Source: an uncultured Acidobacteriota bacterium
Lineage (GTDB): Bacteria > Acidobacteriota > Thermoanaerobaculia > UBA5066 > Gp7-AA6
Length of the DNA stretch: 64,000 bases
Assembly (NCBI GenBank): GCA_963804915.1
Contig: CAWDSI010000034.1
Location: 14,675-78,674, forward strand
Reading direction: 5' to 3'
Of the stretch, positions 1 through 8,894 are shown piece by piece. The notes below the pieces were generated by a model that was not told the origin of the DNA, searched no databases, and was given only the letters and a program-made list of their open reading frames with translations. Positions within the stretch are counted from its first letter, which is position 1, and every line of letters starts with the position of its first letter. Both the position numbers and the translations under genes were made by a program.

Positions 1-1
1 C

Positions 2-730
2 GCCGGTGCCGAGCTCTTCGGCGGCCGCGCCGTCGACTTTCCAGAGGAGCTTTCCGGTCTTCGTCGAGTAGACGTAGACGCGGCCGGCGTCTTTCCCGGT
101 GCCGGCCCACGTCGGCGCGGAGGTCACGAAGTCTTCGACGCCGTCGCCGTCCACGTCGCCGAGGCTGCGCGCGATCCAGCCGAACTGGTCGCCCGGCCCC
201 TCGCCGACCCACTCTCGGAGCACGACGACGTGCTCGGCTTCGACGAAGGGATTCGCGAAGTCCTGAGGCTTCGGAAGCAGCGCCGCGAAGCGCGGGTCCT
301 TGGAAAGTGCCTTGAGATCCTCGTCCACCTCGATCTGCGTCATGTCGAGCTTCCCGGTGGCCTTCGCCTTCCCGAGCCACTCGAACGCGGCGTCGGTCTT
401 GCCCTCGAGGGCGTAGCCGACGCCGATGTTGTAGAGGGCCTGGGGCGCGCCTGGGGAGATCGCGAGCAGCTTTTCGTAGGCCGCGCGCGACTCCGGGATC
501 TTCTTCTGCTTCAGGTACGCGAAGCCGAGCTGGCGCCACGCGAGCTTGTTCCCGGGGTCGGCCGCGACCACCTTCTCGAGGATCGCGGTCGCGCCGGCGA
601 AGTCGCCCGCGCCGATCTTCGCGCCGGCGGCGGCGATCTGTGCATCGGAGCTGGAGCTAGGGGGAGTCTGGGCAGAAACGAGTGCGGCAACCAGAACCAG
701 GACCAGGACGACTATCAGATTCTTGCGCAT
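2..730 (-). CDS. Secreted TPR-repeat plus FG-GAP (integrin alpha-like) repeat protein, partial (runs off window start)
   Basis: Manual translation from ATG 730 (GAGGT upstream): signal peptide MRKNLIVVLVLVLVAALVSAQ, TPR-like helices (AWRQLGFAYLKQ, ALYNIGVGYALEG), then FG-GAP-like GDQFGWIARSLGDVDGDGVEDFVTSAP. Missing from the ORF track because it has no stop in the window. Confidence 0.75.
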   Translation of the reverse strand, partial: MRKNLIVVLVLVLVAALVSAQTPPSSSSDAQIAAAGAKIGAGDFAGATAILEKVVAADPGNKLAWRQLGFAYLKQKKIPESRAAYEKLLAISPGAPQALYNIGVGYALEGKTDAAFEWLGKAKATGKLDMTQIEVDEDLKALSKDPRFAALLPKPQDFANPFVEAEHVVVLREWVGEGPGDQFGWIARSLGDVDGDGVEDFVTSAPTWAGTGKDAGRVYVYSTKTGKLLWKVDGAAAEELGTG

Positions 731-799
731 TCATTACCTCCGCGGTCGCACCTCCTACGAATGGCCGCGAAGCGGGTTTTTCGGGAGAAGATTGGGGCG

Positions 800-1722
800 A
801 TGGAACGAGCCGAAGCGGAAACGGCAGCGACGTCGTCTCGAGGCCGCACCTCGGGCCGCACGAGCGGCTTCTCTGGAGCAATCCCTCGATAGCGCTCGGA
901 AGCTTCGACTCGTCTCCCGACGACGAGGACTTCGAGACGGCGGGGGAGATCGGCGACCGTCCCGCCATCGCGTTCTCGCGCACCGCCGTCGGCATCGCGC
1001 ACGCGAAGCGCGCGCCCGTCGTTTCCGACGGCACGGTCGCGGTCCTGCACAACCCGCGCTATCCCTACCGGCGCTTCCGAGTGGACGCGCGCGGCGATCA
1101 TTCCGAGTGGCTGTCGATCGACGCGGAGCTGCTGCTCGGGCTGAACCGGCGCCTCGGGAACGATCCGCGGCGTCCCTTCGCGGCGTCGACGGCCCCGCTC
1201 GGCCGGCGCGCGGCCGCGCTCCTGCGGCTCGTCGTCCGTCACCTGCGCGACTGGTCGCCGCCGGATCCGCTGTGGGTCGAGGAAACGCTGCTCGAGATCG
1301 TCTCCGCGCTCGGTCCCCACGGCGAAACGCCGAAGCGGCCGCGGGCGTCCGCGCGCCACGATCGCTTCGCGCATCGCGTGCGGGAGATCCTGGCCAGCCG
1401 CTCGGAGCATCCGTGGAGCGTGACCTCGATCGCGAAGGTCATGGAGAGCTCCCCGTTTCACGCCTGCCGCGTGTTCCGAAGCCGGACCGGATACACGCTG
1501 CACGGATACCTGACGGAGCAGCGCCTCCGCCGCGCGCTCACGCGGCTCGAAGAGGGAGACGGCCACGACATCCGCGAGATCGCCGTGAGGCTCGGGTTCG
1601 CGAGCCACAGCCACTTCACGGCGCATTTCCGAAGCGCCTTCGGGATCACGCCGTCCGAGTTTCGCCGGCGCGCCACTCCGGCGGCGGTCCGGGAGCTCGC
1701 CGGCCGCCTGAGGCCCGCCTAG
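800..1722 (+). CDS. AraC family transcriptional regulator (start uncertain)
   Basis: C-terminal AraC double HTH in ORF 682..1722 (IAKVMESSPFHACRVFR...IAVRLGFASHSHFTAHFRSAFGITPSEFRR). The track start at 682 overlaps the divergent gene; ATG 800 is out of frame and would need an indel. Confidence 0.8.
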
Positions 1723-2738
1723 ACCATCGTCAGCACGACCCGGAAGCGCGCGTCGCCGCTCATCATCCGGTCGTAGGCGGCGGCGGCCTCGTCCAGCGGG
1801 AAGAGCTCGATGCGGGGGCGCACGCCCATCTGCTTCGCGAACCGCAGGCACTCCTCCGAGTCGAGCGAGGTCCCGGAGGGCCAGCCCGAGATCGAGCGGC
1901 GGCCGAAGATCAGCGGCAGCGCCGACACCGACATCGGCTCGCTCGGCGCCCCCGCGATGATGAGCTGGCCATCGGGGCCGAGACCGCCGATGACCGCCGC
2001 CATGGCGTCGGCGTTGGTCGCGGTGGCGAGGATGACGCGCGCGCCGCCGAGCTTCTGGAGCTCGGCGACGGGGTCCTGGGCCTTGTTGTCGATGTAGACG
2101 CGGGCGCCCAGCTCGCGGGCGAGCGGGGCCTTGTCCGCGCCGCGGCCGATCGCGACGGTGTCGAAGCCCATCTTCGCCGCGAACTGGATGCCGAGGTGTC
2201 CGAGGCCGCCGATGCCGAGGATGGCGACGAGGTCGCCCGGCTTCGCGCCGGAGTGACGGAGCGGATTGAAAGTCGTCACGCCGGCATCCATCAGCGGCGC
2301 GGCCTCCTCGGACTTCAGCCCGTCCGGGATGTGGGCCAGCACCGCCCAGGGCGCCACCACGTAGTCCGCGTAGCCGCCGTCGAACGCGATCCCGGTGATC
2401 TGGAAGTCGTTCCGGCAGGTCAGGTAGTCGCCGCGGCGGCAGCGGTCGCAATAGCCGCAGAAGCCGCCGAGCCAGCCGATGCCGGCGCGGTCGCCGCGCT
2501 TCCACCCGGGCACGTTGGGCCCGACGGCGTCGACGACGCCCGCGATCTCGTGGCCGGGGACGCGGGGATACGCGATGCCGGGAAAGAGGCCCTGGACCGT
2601 GAGCACGTCGCTGTGGCAGATGCCGCAGGCTTCGATCCGCAGGCGGACCTGGCCGGGTCCGGGCTCGGGAACGTCGCGCTCGACGAGCTCGAGCTTCGCT
2701 CCGGGTTTCGAGACGGGGAAGGCGCGCATCTTGGCCAC
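1719..2738 (-). CDS. Zinc-dependent alcohol dehydrogenase (MDR family, AdhP-like)
   Basis: CGICHSD, GHEIAG, structural-zinc CGYCDRC...C, GIGGLG; AGGAGGAG RBS upstream. Confidence 0.9.
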   Translation of the reverse strand: MAKMRAFPVSKPGAKLELVERDVPEPGPGQVRLRIEACGICHSDVLTVQGLFPGIAYPRVPGHEIAGVVDAVGPNVPGWKRGDRAGIGWLGGFCGYCDRCRRGDYLTCRNDFQITGIAFDGGYADYVVAPWAVLAHIPDGLKSEEAAPLMDAGVTTFNPLRHSGAKPGDLVAILGIGGLGHLGIQFAAKMGFDTVAIGRGADKAPLARELGARVYIDNKAQDPVAELQKLGGARVILATATNADAMAAVIGGLGPDGQLIIAGAPSEPMSVSALPLIFGRRSISGWPSGTSLDSEECLRFAKQMGVRPRIELFPLDEAAAAYDRMMSGDARFRVVLTMV

Positions 2739-2819
2739 GAAGCTCCTCCTGTGGGTGGGCCGATTCCGCGGTATGGCGGTCCGCCAAAACTGTATTAGTC
2801 CGCGCCCGCGGCGGAGGGT

Positions 2820-4386
2820 TCAGACTTCCGGCAGCCGGACCTCGAAAACCGCGCCTCCGCCCTCGCGGTTCGCCGCCGTGATCCGCCCGCCGTAGCCCTC
2901 CGCGATGGCCGCGGCGATCGAGAGACCCAGGCCGCTGTGGCCGTCGGCGCTCGACGCGCCTTCGCCCGGCCGGTACGTGAAGAAGCGCTCGAAGACGCGC
3001 TCCATGTGCTGCGCCGGAATCCCCGGTCCGCGATCGGCGACGCGGATGACGGCGGTCGAGTCGCGCACGTTCCAAACTGACGACGACCTCCCCGCCCTCG
3101 GGACTGAACCCGGCCGCATTGTCGAGGAGATTCTCGACGATCTGGCTGACACGATCGGTCGAGCCCCGGACGGTCGCGGTCACGCGGCCCTCGAGGCGGA
3201 AGCGGACGCGCCCGTGCTCGCGGACGTTGAAGCTGTCGACGATCTCGGCGAGCAGCTGGTCGAGCGGGACGTTCTCCTTCGCCTCCTGATCGAGCCGCGC
3301 ATCGATCGAGGCGATGTCGCGCACGCCGGCCAGCAGGCGCTCGACGCGCGCGATGTCCCGCTGGACGATGTCGCGGAAGCGGCGGCGCTCCGCCGGATCG
3401 TCGACCTCGGCCGCCATCTCGGCGGCGGTGCGGATGGAGGTCAGCGGATTCCGAAGCTCGTGAGACACGTCGGCGGCGAAAGACTCGAGCGTCCGGATGC
3501 GCCCTTCGAGCCGCCGCGTCAGCTCCTGGAGCGCGCGGGCGAGGTCTCCGATCTGGTCGGCGCGGCGGGAGCCCTGGAAGCCTCCGGTGAGTCGGCCGCG
3601 GTGGTCGAGGATGGCCTTCGCCTCGTCGCGGAGGCGTCGCAGGGGACGGGCGATGGTGGCGGCCACGACGAACGAAAGAAGCGCCGCGACGGCGACGGAG
3701 AGGAGGACCACTTTGAAAAGGCCGAGGCGCTCGGCGTAGATATCTTGAAGGATACGGAATGTCGACTGGGAGACGAGAACGGCGCCGGCGATCTCTCCAT
3801 CGCGGCGGAAGGGGACGGCGCTGTAGAGCGTGACGGATCGCTGTCCCGATGCGGAGACTCGAGTCGCCGAGCCGTACTTGCCTTCGAGGGCGGCCTGGAT
3901 CTCGGGGCCGTCGAGGCGGCGGGCGGCGCCGTAGAACTCGGCAGACTCGAGAGTCGGCGTGGGCGGCTCGAAGATGCGGGCATAGATCCGGTAGAACCAG
4001 GCGCCCACGCGGTAGAGCAGCTTTTCGCGCGTGGGTTTCTTGCCGGACGAATATTCGTCGGAGGCGGGCGTGTCGTCGGGAGTCGGAGCGATGCGGCTCG
4101 AGTCGGCGAGCAGGTTGCCCCGGGCGTCGACCACGCGGAGGCGCGCTTCGAGGCGCCCCTGGAGGGATGCGATGAGGCGCTGCGCATCGTCCGCGTCGGT
4201 CTCCGTGAACGGTACCGTCGACAGCGCCGCGGCGAGCAGTCGCGCCTGCTGGACCATGCTGCGCTCCTGCGCGCGCAGGAGACGATGCTCCATGACATCG
4301 AGGTAGAGGAAGCCGAAGAGCGGCAGGAAGACGAGGAGGAGGTTGAACGCGAGCAGGCGGGGCCGGATGCCGGTGAAGATCCTCAC
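2820..4386 (-). CDS. ChvG-like sensor histidine kinase (TM-HAMP-HisKA-HATPase); one frameshift near 3068
   Basis: GTG 4386 overlaps the regulator stop. N-terminal RLLAFNLLLVFLPLFGFLYLD, H-box SHELRNPLTSI, N-box NLLDNA; VADRGPGIP and GLGLSIA continue in ORF 2820..3152. Confidence 0.88.
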
Positions 4387-5144
4387 GCGCCCTCGTCGCC
4401 CGCTTCGCGGTACCGGTACCCGAGGCCGTGGACCGTCTGGATCGCGTCGAAGCCCGGATTGAGATCCAGGAACTTCCGGCGCAGCCGCTTGATGTGGCTG
4501 TCGATCGTGCGCTCGCTGACGTACGCGTCCTCGGCGTAGCCCTCTTCCATGAGCTGCCGGCGCGTCTTGACGTGGCCGGGATGGCCCGCGAGCGCTTTCA
4601 ACAGCAGGAACTCCGTGACGGTCAGGGGCACGGGCGCGCCGTTCCACTGCGCGGAGTAGCGCTGCAGGTCGAGAACGAGCGCACCGCGACGGAGGACCTT
4701 GTCGTCGTCCCCGTCTTCTTCGTCGGCGCGCGCCGGCGCCGACTCGAGGAGCGCGAGGCGGCGGAGCAGCACGCGCACGCGCGCCACGAGCTCGCGGACC
4801 GAGAACGGCTTGCAGAGATAGTCGTCCGCTCCGAGCTCCAGGCCGAGGACGCGGTCCAGCTCGTCGTCCTTGGATGTGACGAAGACGATCGGCAGCGCCT
4901 GGGACAGGGCGCGCAGTCGGCGGCAGAGCTCCAGGCCGTCCATGCCGGGCATGAGGATGTCGAGGACGACGAGATCGGGCAGGCCCTTCGTGGAGCTGAA
5001 CGCGTTCCAGGCCGCGAGTCCGTCGGGATGCTCATCGACCGTATAGCCCTCGCGCCGCAGGGCGAAGGCGACGGTTTCGCGAATGTGCGGCTCGTCGTCG
5101 ACGACCGCGATGGTCCGTGCGCCCTCCATCGACGTCGGCGGCAT
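4383..5144 (-). CDS. OmpR-family response regulator, ChvI-like
   Basis: Receiver VVDDE, LDILMP, ADDYLCKPF; winged helix SERTIDSHIKRLRRKF...QTVHGLGYRY. The start may be 5129. Confidence 0.92.
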   Translation of the reverse strand: MPPTSMEGARTIAVVDDEPHIRETVAFALRREGYTVDEHPDGLAAWNAFSSTKGLPDLVVLDILMPGMDGLELCRRLRALSQALPIVFVTSKDDELDRVLGLELGADDYLCKPFSVRELVARVRVLLRRLALLESAPARADEEDGDDDKVLRRGALVLDLQRYSAQWNGAPVPLTVTEFLLLKALAGHPGHVKTRRQLMEEGYAEDAYVSERTIDSHIKRLRRKFLDLNPGFDAIQTVHGLGYRYREAGDEGA

Positions 5145-5151
5145 GGGCGAA

Positions 5152-5231
5152 GTCTGCCACGGCCGGGCGGGCCGGCCCCCGTCTCAAAGCGTCTGCCACG
5201 GAATTGCCACAACTTTCCTCGGAAGCTTCAC
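5152..5231. promoter_or_regulatory. Candidate response-regulator binding repeats in the divergent RR/creD intergenic region
   Basis: GTCTGCCACGG is exactly repeated at 5152 and 5191; TGCCAC occurs at 5194 and 5205 (11-bp period); TTCAC at 5227. Confidence 0.45.
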
Positions 5232-5289
5232 GCCGGCGCCCTTCGCCCGCCCGGCGCGCGCGGTCTCCTCTCGTCCAAGGGAGGTACGC

Positions 5290-6984
5290 ATGGGCAAACG
5301 CGTCGCGGCGATCCTGGTCATCTATGTGTGTTCCACGCTGGCCTGGGTCGTCCTGGGGGGCACGATCATGACCCGCACCTATTCCCTGGACGGCTCGCTC
5401 CAGCAGAAGGTCGCCTCGACGTGGGGAAGCCCGCAGACGCAGAGCCCGCCGGCGGCCTCGTTCGTGGTGACTTCGTACAAGGACGCCGAGTCGCTCGAGG
5501 ACGGGAAAAAAGTCGTCCGCAAAGTCGAGGTCAAGGAGGAGAAGCTGCTCGCGCTCGATGCGAGCCGCGTGGACGTGCAACTGGATCTGGAGCCCAGGAA
5601 GAAGGGGCTTCTCTGGTACAGCACGTACAAGGTCGTGTTCGACGCGAAGTACACGTTCGCGCCTGTGGCCACTCCGGAGGAGGTCACGATCCGCCTTCCC
5701 TTTCCCGCGGCGCAGGCGCTCTACGACGATCTCGCCGTCAAAGTCGACGGCGTGCCGATCGCGGTGACCAGCGAGCCGGCGAGCGCGCCTTCTCCGGGCG
5801 TGACGTCGGTGGCCGCGGTCCGCGGGAAGACGATGGCGCTTCCGGGGATACCTCTCGTCGTCGACGTGCGCTACCGCTCGCAGGGCCTCGACACCTGGAG
5901 GTACGACTTTGGCGGCGGGGCCACTCAGAGTGTCGCTCAGGTGCGGGACTTCGAGCTGAAGATGGCGACGAACTTCGACGACATCGACTTTCCGGACAAC
6001 ACGCTCTCGCCGACCTCCAAGCGCCGGTCCGGCCGCGGCTGGCACCTCCTGTGGGACTACGAAAATCTCGTTTCCGGCTACTCCGTCGCGATGGCGATGC
6101 CGGAGAAGCTGCAGCCCGGTCCGCTCGCCGGTCGGATCAGCTTCTTCGCGCCGGTCTCGCTCTTTTTCTTCTTCTTCGTGATGCTCCTGATCACGACGCT
6201 CCGGAGGATCGAGCTGCATCCCGTGAACTACTTCTTCCTCGCGGCCGCGTTCTTCGCGTTCCACCTGCTGCTGGCCTACCTCGTGGATCACATCGACATC
6301 CACATCGCGTTCCTGATCAGCTCCGCGGTGTCGCTGGCCCTGGTGGTGAGCTACCTGCGCCTGGTCGTCGGAATGCGGTTTGCGGCCGTCGAGGCCGGGC
6401 TGACGCAGTTCCTGTATCTGGTGCTCTTCTCGTACGCCTTCTTCTTCAAGGGGTTCACGGGGCTGACCGTGACGATCGGGTCGATCCTGACGCTCTTCGT
6501 CGCGATGCAGCTGACGGGCCGGATCCGGTGGTCGGAGCGGCTTGCACCCGCGCCCGGCCTCGGCTTCCATAAGCGCATGAGCGCCCAGTACAACGTCTGG
6601 ATCGTCACCGGCCTCCTCGCGCGGCTGAGGCTCCCGGAGGGGCCGCGGCGCACGGCCGCGCTCGCCGCGTGGTTCCAGGGCTTGTATCCGGCCGGCCGGG
6701 CCCCGGTCCTCGTCGGCGGGGCGGCGGCGCAGCTCCACGCTCGATCGGATTGCGCCCCGGACGATCTCGACTTCGTCGGCGACGTGACGCCGCCCGTCGC
6801 CGAGAGACTGCGGAAGGTGGGATTTCGCGAGGAGGGACGTCGCTGGCTGCTCGAGTCGGATCACGTCGTCCTGGACATCCCCGCGGCCGGTCTTCCCGAT
6901 GGCGCGACATGCGTCGTCCTCGACATCGACGACATCCGCGTCCTCGTCGCGAGCCGGGACGATGTCCCGGAGCCGCGCCGGTGA
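5290..6984 (+). CDS. creD: CreD-family inner membrane protein with an in-frame C-terminal nucleotidyltransferase-like extension
   Basis: ATG 5290 after GAGG. N-terminal TM, periplasmic domain, then a multi-TM block (LHPVNYFFLAAAFFAFHLLLAYL...YLVLFSYAFF) typical of CreD. No stop before the 6577-6984 segment. Confidence 0.75.
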   Translation: MGKRVAAILVIYVCSTLAWVVLGGTIMTRTYSLDGSLQQKVASTWGSPQTQSPPAASFVVTSYKDAESLEDGKKVVRKVEVKEEKLLALDASRVDVQLDLEPRKKGLLWYSTYKVVFDAKYTFAPVATPEEVTIRLPFPAAQALYDDLAVKVDGVPIAVTSEPASAPSPGVTSVAAVRGKTMALPGIPLVVDVRYRSQGLDTWRYDFGGGATQSVAQVRDFELKMATNFDDIDFPDNTLSPTSKRRSGRGWHLLWDYENLVSGYSVAMAMPEKLQPGPLAGRISFFAPVSLFFFFFVMLLITTLRRIELHPVNYFFLAAAFFAFHLLLAYLVDHIDIHIAFLISSAVSLALVVSYLRLVVGMRFAAVEAGLTQFLYLVLFSYAFFFKGFTGLTVTIGSILTLFVAMQLTGRIRWSERLAPAPGLGFHKRMSAQYNVWIVTGLLARLRLPEGPRRTAALAAWFQGLYPAGRAPVLVGGAAAQLHARSDCAPDDLDFVGDVTPPVAERLRKVGFREEGRRWLLESDHVVLDIPAAGLPDGATCVVLDIDDIRVLVASRDDVPEPRR

Positions 6985-7017
6985 CGCGATTGGAGGATCG
7001 TAGATAATCGGCACCGC

Positions 7018-8460
7018 GTGAAGCCTGTCGTCTTGAGGATTCGGTTCGCCGCGGCCGCTGCGGTCGCCGCGGCAGCCGCGTCAGTTCTGGTTCTGTTCGG
7101 AAGCGGCTGCGCGTCTTCGACGAAGCCCGCGACCGCCACCGCCGCGTCGAAGTGCGAGGGAACGCTGGGTCTCGAGGCGGGCCCGGGCGCGGTCGTGACG
7201 GAGGTGTACGCCGGCGGTCCCGCGGCGGCCGCGGGCATCCAGCTCAAGGACGTCGTCCTGAAGATCGGCGACACGACGATCCAGTACGACTGCGACGTCG
7301 ACAAGGCGGCCTTCAACCGCGCGTGCCAGCCGGTCAAGGTGGTCGTGCGGCGCGGCGGCGCCGAGGTCGACCTCACCCTCACGCCCGTCGACCAGATCGC
7401 GTTTCTCACCAAGGCCTGCATCGACGGCAACCCGAGCGCCTGTTTCCGGGACGCGTGGCTGCAGTGGGATCGTTCCCAGAACGCCCCCGACCTTTTCGCG
7501 ACCGCCTGCAACGGCGGATCGGGCGAGGCCTGCGCCTACCAGGGTCTCCAGCTCAGCGAGAAGTCGGACACCCTCTCCCAGGCCCTGCCCGTGCTCGAGC
7601 GCGCCTGCGAGCTTCGGAGCGGCAGCGGCTGCGCGACGCTCGGTTTCCTCTACGCCACCGGCAAGTCCGTGACGAAGGACGACAAGAAGGCGACCGCCCT
7701 GTATCGAAAGAGCTGCGAGCTCGGCGATGCGCAGGGTTGCTACAACGCGGGCCTCATGGCGGACAGCGGCCGGGGCACGAAGGAAGACGCCGCGAAGGCC
7801 GCGGCGGATTACGAGAAGGCCTGCGATCTCGGAAGCTCGACCGGCTGCACGAACCTCGGGTTCCTCTACGAGCGGGGGCGCGGCGTGAAGGAGGATCGGG
7901 CGCGCGCCGTGGCCCTCTATCAGCGCGGCTGCGACGGGTCGTCCTGCTCGGCCTCGAACCTGGGCGGCTGCGTGAATGTCGGCCGCGCGTATCGGGACGG
8001 CATCGGCGTCCCGAAGGACGCGGCGAAGGCCGCCGAGGTCTTCCGCGCGGCCTGCGAACGCAGAGACGGTCAGGATGATCCGCAGGCTGTGGCGAACGGC
8101 GCGCGCGCATGCTCGCTCCTCGGCGGCCTTCTCATCGCGGGCGACGGGATTCCGAAGGACATGGAGCACGGCCGCGACTTCTCGATCCTGGGCTGCGACC
8201 GTGGGGATGCCTTCGGCTGCTTCAACGCGGCGGTCTGCTTCAACTCGGGTTCGGACACGGATCCCGCGAAGGCGGCTTCGTACTTCGATCGCGCCTGCAA
8301 GCTCGGCGACGGCGAGAGCTGCCACGAGCTCGCGGTCGCGTACCAGAACGGGAAAGGCGTCGAAAAGAACGCCGGGATGGCGACGGCCCTCGAGAAGCAG
8401 GCCTGCGAGCTCGGCTTCGCGGCATCCTGTCCCAAGCCGAAACCGAAGAAGAAGAGCTAG
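7018..8460 (+). CDS. Lipoprotein with a PDZ domain and Sel1-like repeats
   Basis: Lipobox-like FGSGC; PDZ-like VVTEVYAGGPAAAAGIQLKDVVLKIG; repeated Cys-rich SLRs (KSCELGDAQGCYNAG, KACDLGSSTGCTNLG). Confidence 0.8.
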   Translation: MKPVVLRIRFAAAAAVAAAAASVLVLFGSGCASSTKPATATAASKCEGTLGLEAGPGAVVTEVYAGGPAAAAGIQLKDVVLKIGDTTIQYDCDVDKAAFNRACQPVKVVVRRGGAEVDLTLTPVDQIAFLTKACIDGNPSACFRDAWLQWDRSQNAPDLFATACNGGSGEACAYQGLQLSEKSDTLSQALPVLERACELRSGSGCATLGFLYATGKSVTKDDKKATALYRKSCELGDAQGCYNAGLMADSGRGTKEDAAKAAADYEKACDLGSSTGCTNLGFLYERGRGVKEDRARAVALYQRGCDGSSCSASNLGGCVNVGRAYRDGIGVPKDAAKAAEVFRAACERRDGQDDPQAVANGARACSLLGGLLIAGDGIPKDMEHGRDFSILGCDRGDAFGCFNAAVCFNSGSDTDPAKAASYFDRACKLGDGESCHELAVAYQNGKGVEKNAGMATALEKQACELGFAASCPKPKPKKKS

Positions 8461-8885
8461 GCCCGGCCTTCCCCCATCATCGAGCGGGCGCGATCCCGGA
8501 CGTCCTCCGGCAGCGCGCGCGCTTTGCGTGCCGTCGCGTCGAGGTGGACCGCGACGACGACCATCTTCGCAGCCACCTCGCCGGTGGCGTCGTTTCTCAT
8601 CTCGTGCGCAAAGCGAAGAACCTTGTCTTTGACCTCGAGGATGGTCGAGGTCACGGTGACGACGTCGCCGGGGAAGAGCTCGCGCTTGTACTCGATGTGC
8701 TGCTCGACGCCCGCCATGCCCAGCTTCTCGTCGCGCAGCCGCGCCCCCGTGAGCCCCATGGCCGCGAACAACTGCCAGGTCGCCTCGTCGAACTTCGCCA
8801 CGTAGAACGACACGTTCATGTGCCCCATGTGGTCGCATTGCGAGGGATAGACCGATCCCCGGTAGGTGACGAGAGGTTCAGCCAT
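8457..8885 (-). CDS. Acyl-CoA thioesterase (4HBT/FcbC hotdog fold)
   Basis: QCDHMGHMNVSFY motif; IEYKRELFPGD. Confidence 0.85.
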   Translation of the reverse strand: MAEPLVTYRGSVYPSQCDHMGHMNVSFYVAKFDEATWQLFAAMGLTGARLRDEKLGMAGVEQHIEYKRELFPGDVVTVTSTILEVKDKVLRFAHEMRNDATGEVAAKMVVVAVHLDATARKARALPEDVRDRARSMMGEGRA

Positions 8886-8894
8886 TGACGTCGC

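Noticed and set aside
715-4647. 1310-aa ORF and other very long track ORFs (546..2798, 2905..4539, 24885..26900, the N-part of 21680..24592)
   Set aside because: These are high-GC shadow frames or read-throughs that contain only part of a real gene and overlap well-supported genes.
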